A DNA stretch of 63,834 nucleotides, counting the filler, from Chiloscyllium plagiosum (lineage: Eukaryota), in the NCBI RefSeq assembly GCF_004010195.1. It is 5 parts of one record of this genome, joined end to end, with 100 filler letters (N's around TTAATTAATTAA, not from the genome) between each part and the next. Parts side by side here need not be neighbours in the genome. Positions count along the whole stretch, not along the records: positions 61,721 to 63,834 come from NC_057710.1; 4 more parts are not named here. One strand, written 5' to 3'. The notes under the pieces are model-generated. The model ran no database searches and was not told where the DNA came from. It worked only from the letters and a program-made list of their open reading frames with translations. Both the position numbers and the translations under genes were made by a program. Positions 63,213-63,834 of this stretch are shown one piece after another. Position 1 is the stretch's first letter, and each line of letters opens with the position of its first letter.

Positions 63213-63719
63213 AGTAGCCCATTCATCCCATTGAGTATCCTCCACCAATCAATATGATTGTGAGTTGATCTGATCATCCTGATACCCAATTGCCTGCCTT
63301 CTCTATCACCAGGTATACTAGTTTTTTTGCACTTTATGCAGGGCTATTTCCCAAATTCTCTGTGTGTAGCTTTCTTCAGTCTTTATCCACTTAAATAATA
63401 TCGAGCTTCTCTATTCTAACCATACGGTTTTTATAACTTTTTTATCCTGTTGGGCAGAGATAATCTTTATGATGTCAGTTAACTCTAACTGCCTTATACA
63501 GTTATACAGGTACTTATACAGGTACTGACTGCCTTATACAGCAGGGAGTAATCCACTACTCTCATTGGGCCTTGTCGATGATGGACGAGCTTTAGGAGGT
63601 CAGGAGGTGAGTTACTTGGTGCAGGATTCTGACCTGCTGTTTTAGCCACGTTATTTATTTGGTGAGTCTGGTTTAGTTCTGGTCAATAATAACCCCCATG
63701 AAGTTGATAGTGGGGTATA

Positions 63720-63834
63720 TGTGTGGAGTTTGGACATTCTCCCCGTGTCTGCGTGGATTTCCTCCGGATGCTCTGGTTTCCTCCCACAGTCTAAAGATGC
63801 GCAGGTCAGGTAAATTGGCCATGCTAAATTGCCC
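63720..63834 (+). mobile_element. HE1-type SINE body (partial)
   Basis: tgtggagttt...ccccgtgtctgcgtgg...gctaaattgccc, as in 22205. Confidence 0.85.

Overview
Draft-assembly eukaryotic genomic DNA, most likely from a shark or other elasmobranch (inferred from HE1-type tRNA SINEs and HER1/CR1-type LINEs). Most of it is nested, decayed transposon sequence: many CR1 LINE fragments (one nearly full length), Gmr1-like Gypsy LTR elements and solo LTRs, Rex1 and L1 fragments, Penelope-like elements (PLEs), HE1-type SINEs and a tRNA-headed LINE/SINE family. Two minus-strand exons of an ADAM12/19/33-type metalloprotease gene are recognisable: a prodomain-like exon at 37647-37759 and an EGF-like exon at 18089-18200. 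The exons expected between them were not found; assembly gaps and artificial TTAATTAATTAA linkers interrupt the window. The most striking non-coding signal is about 20 short Penelope 3'-end insertions in at least four sequence families. Many carry a minimal type I hammerhead ribozyme core (CUGANGA-stem II-GAAAC-GUC), often as inverted pairs with 10-16 bp target-site duplications. Hammerheads in PLEs are a known class; I found no evidence of a wholly new system, CRISPR array or prokaryotic operon. Boundaries of decayed repeats were read by eye and are approximate, and family names come from recalled motifs, not database searches.
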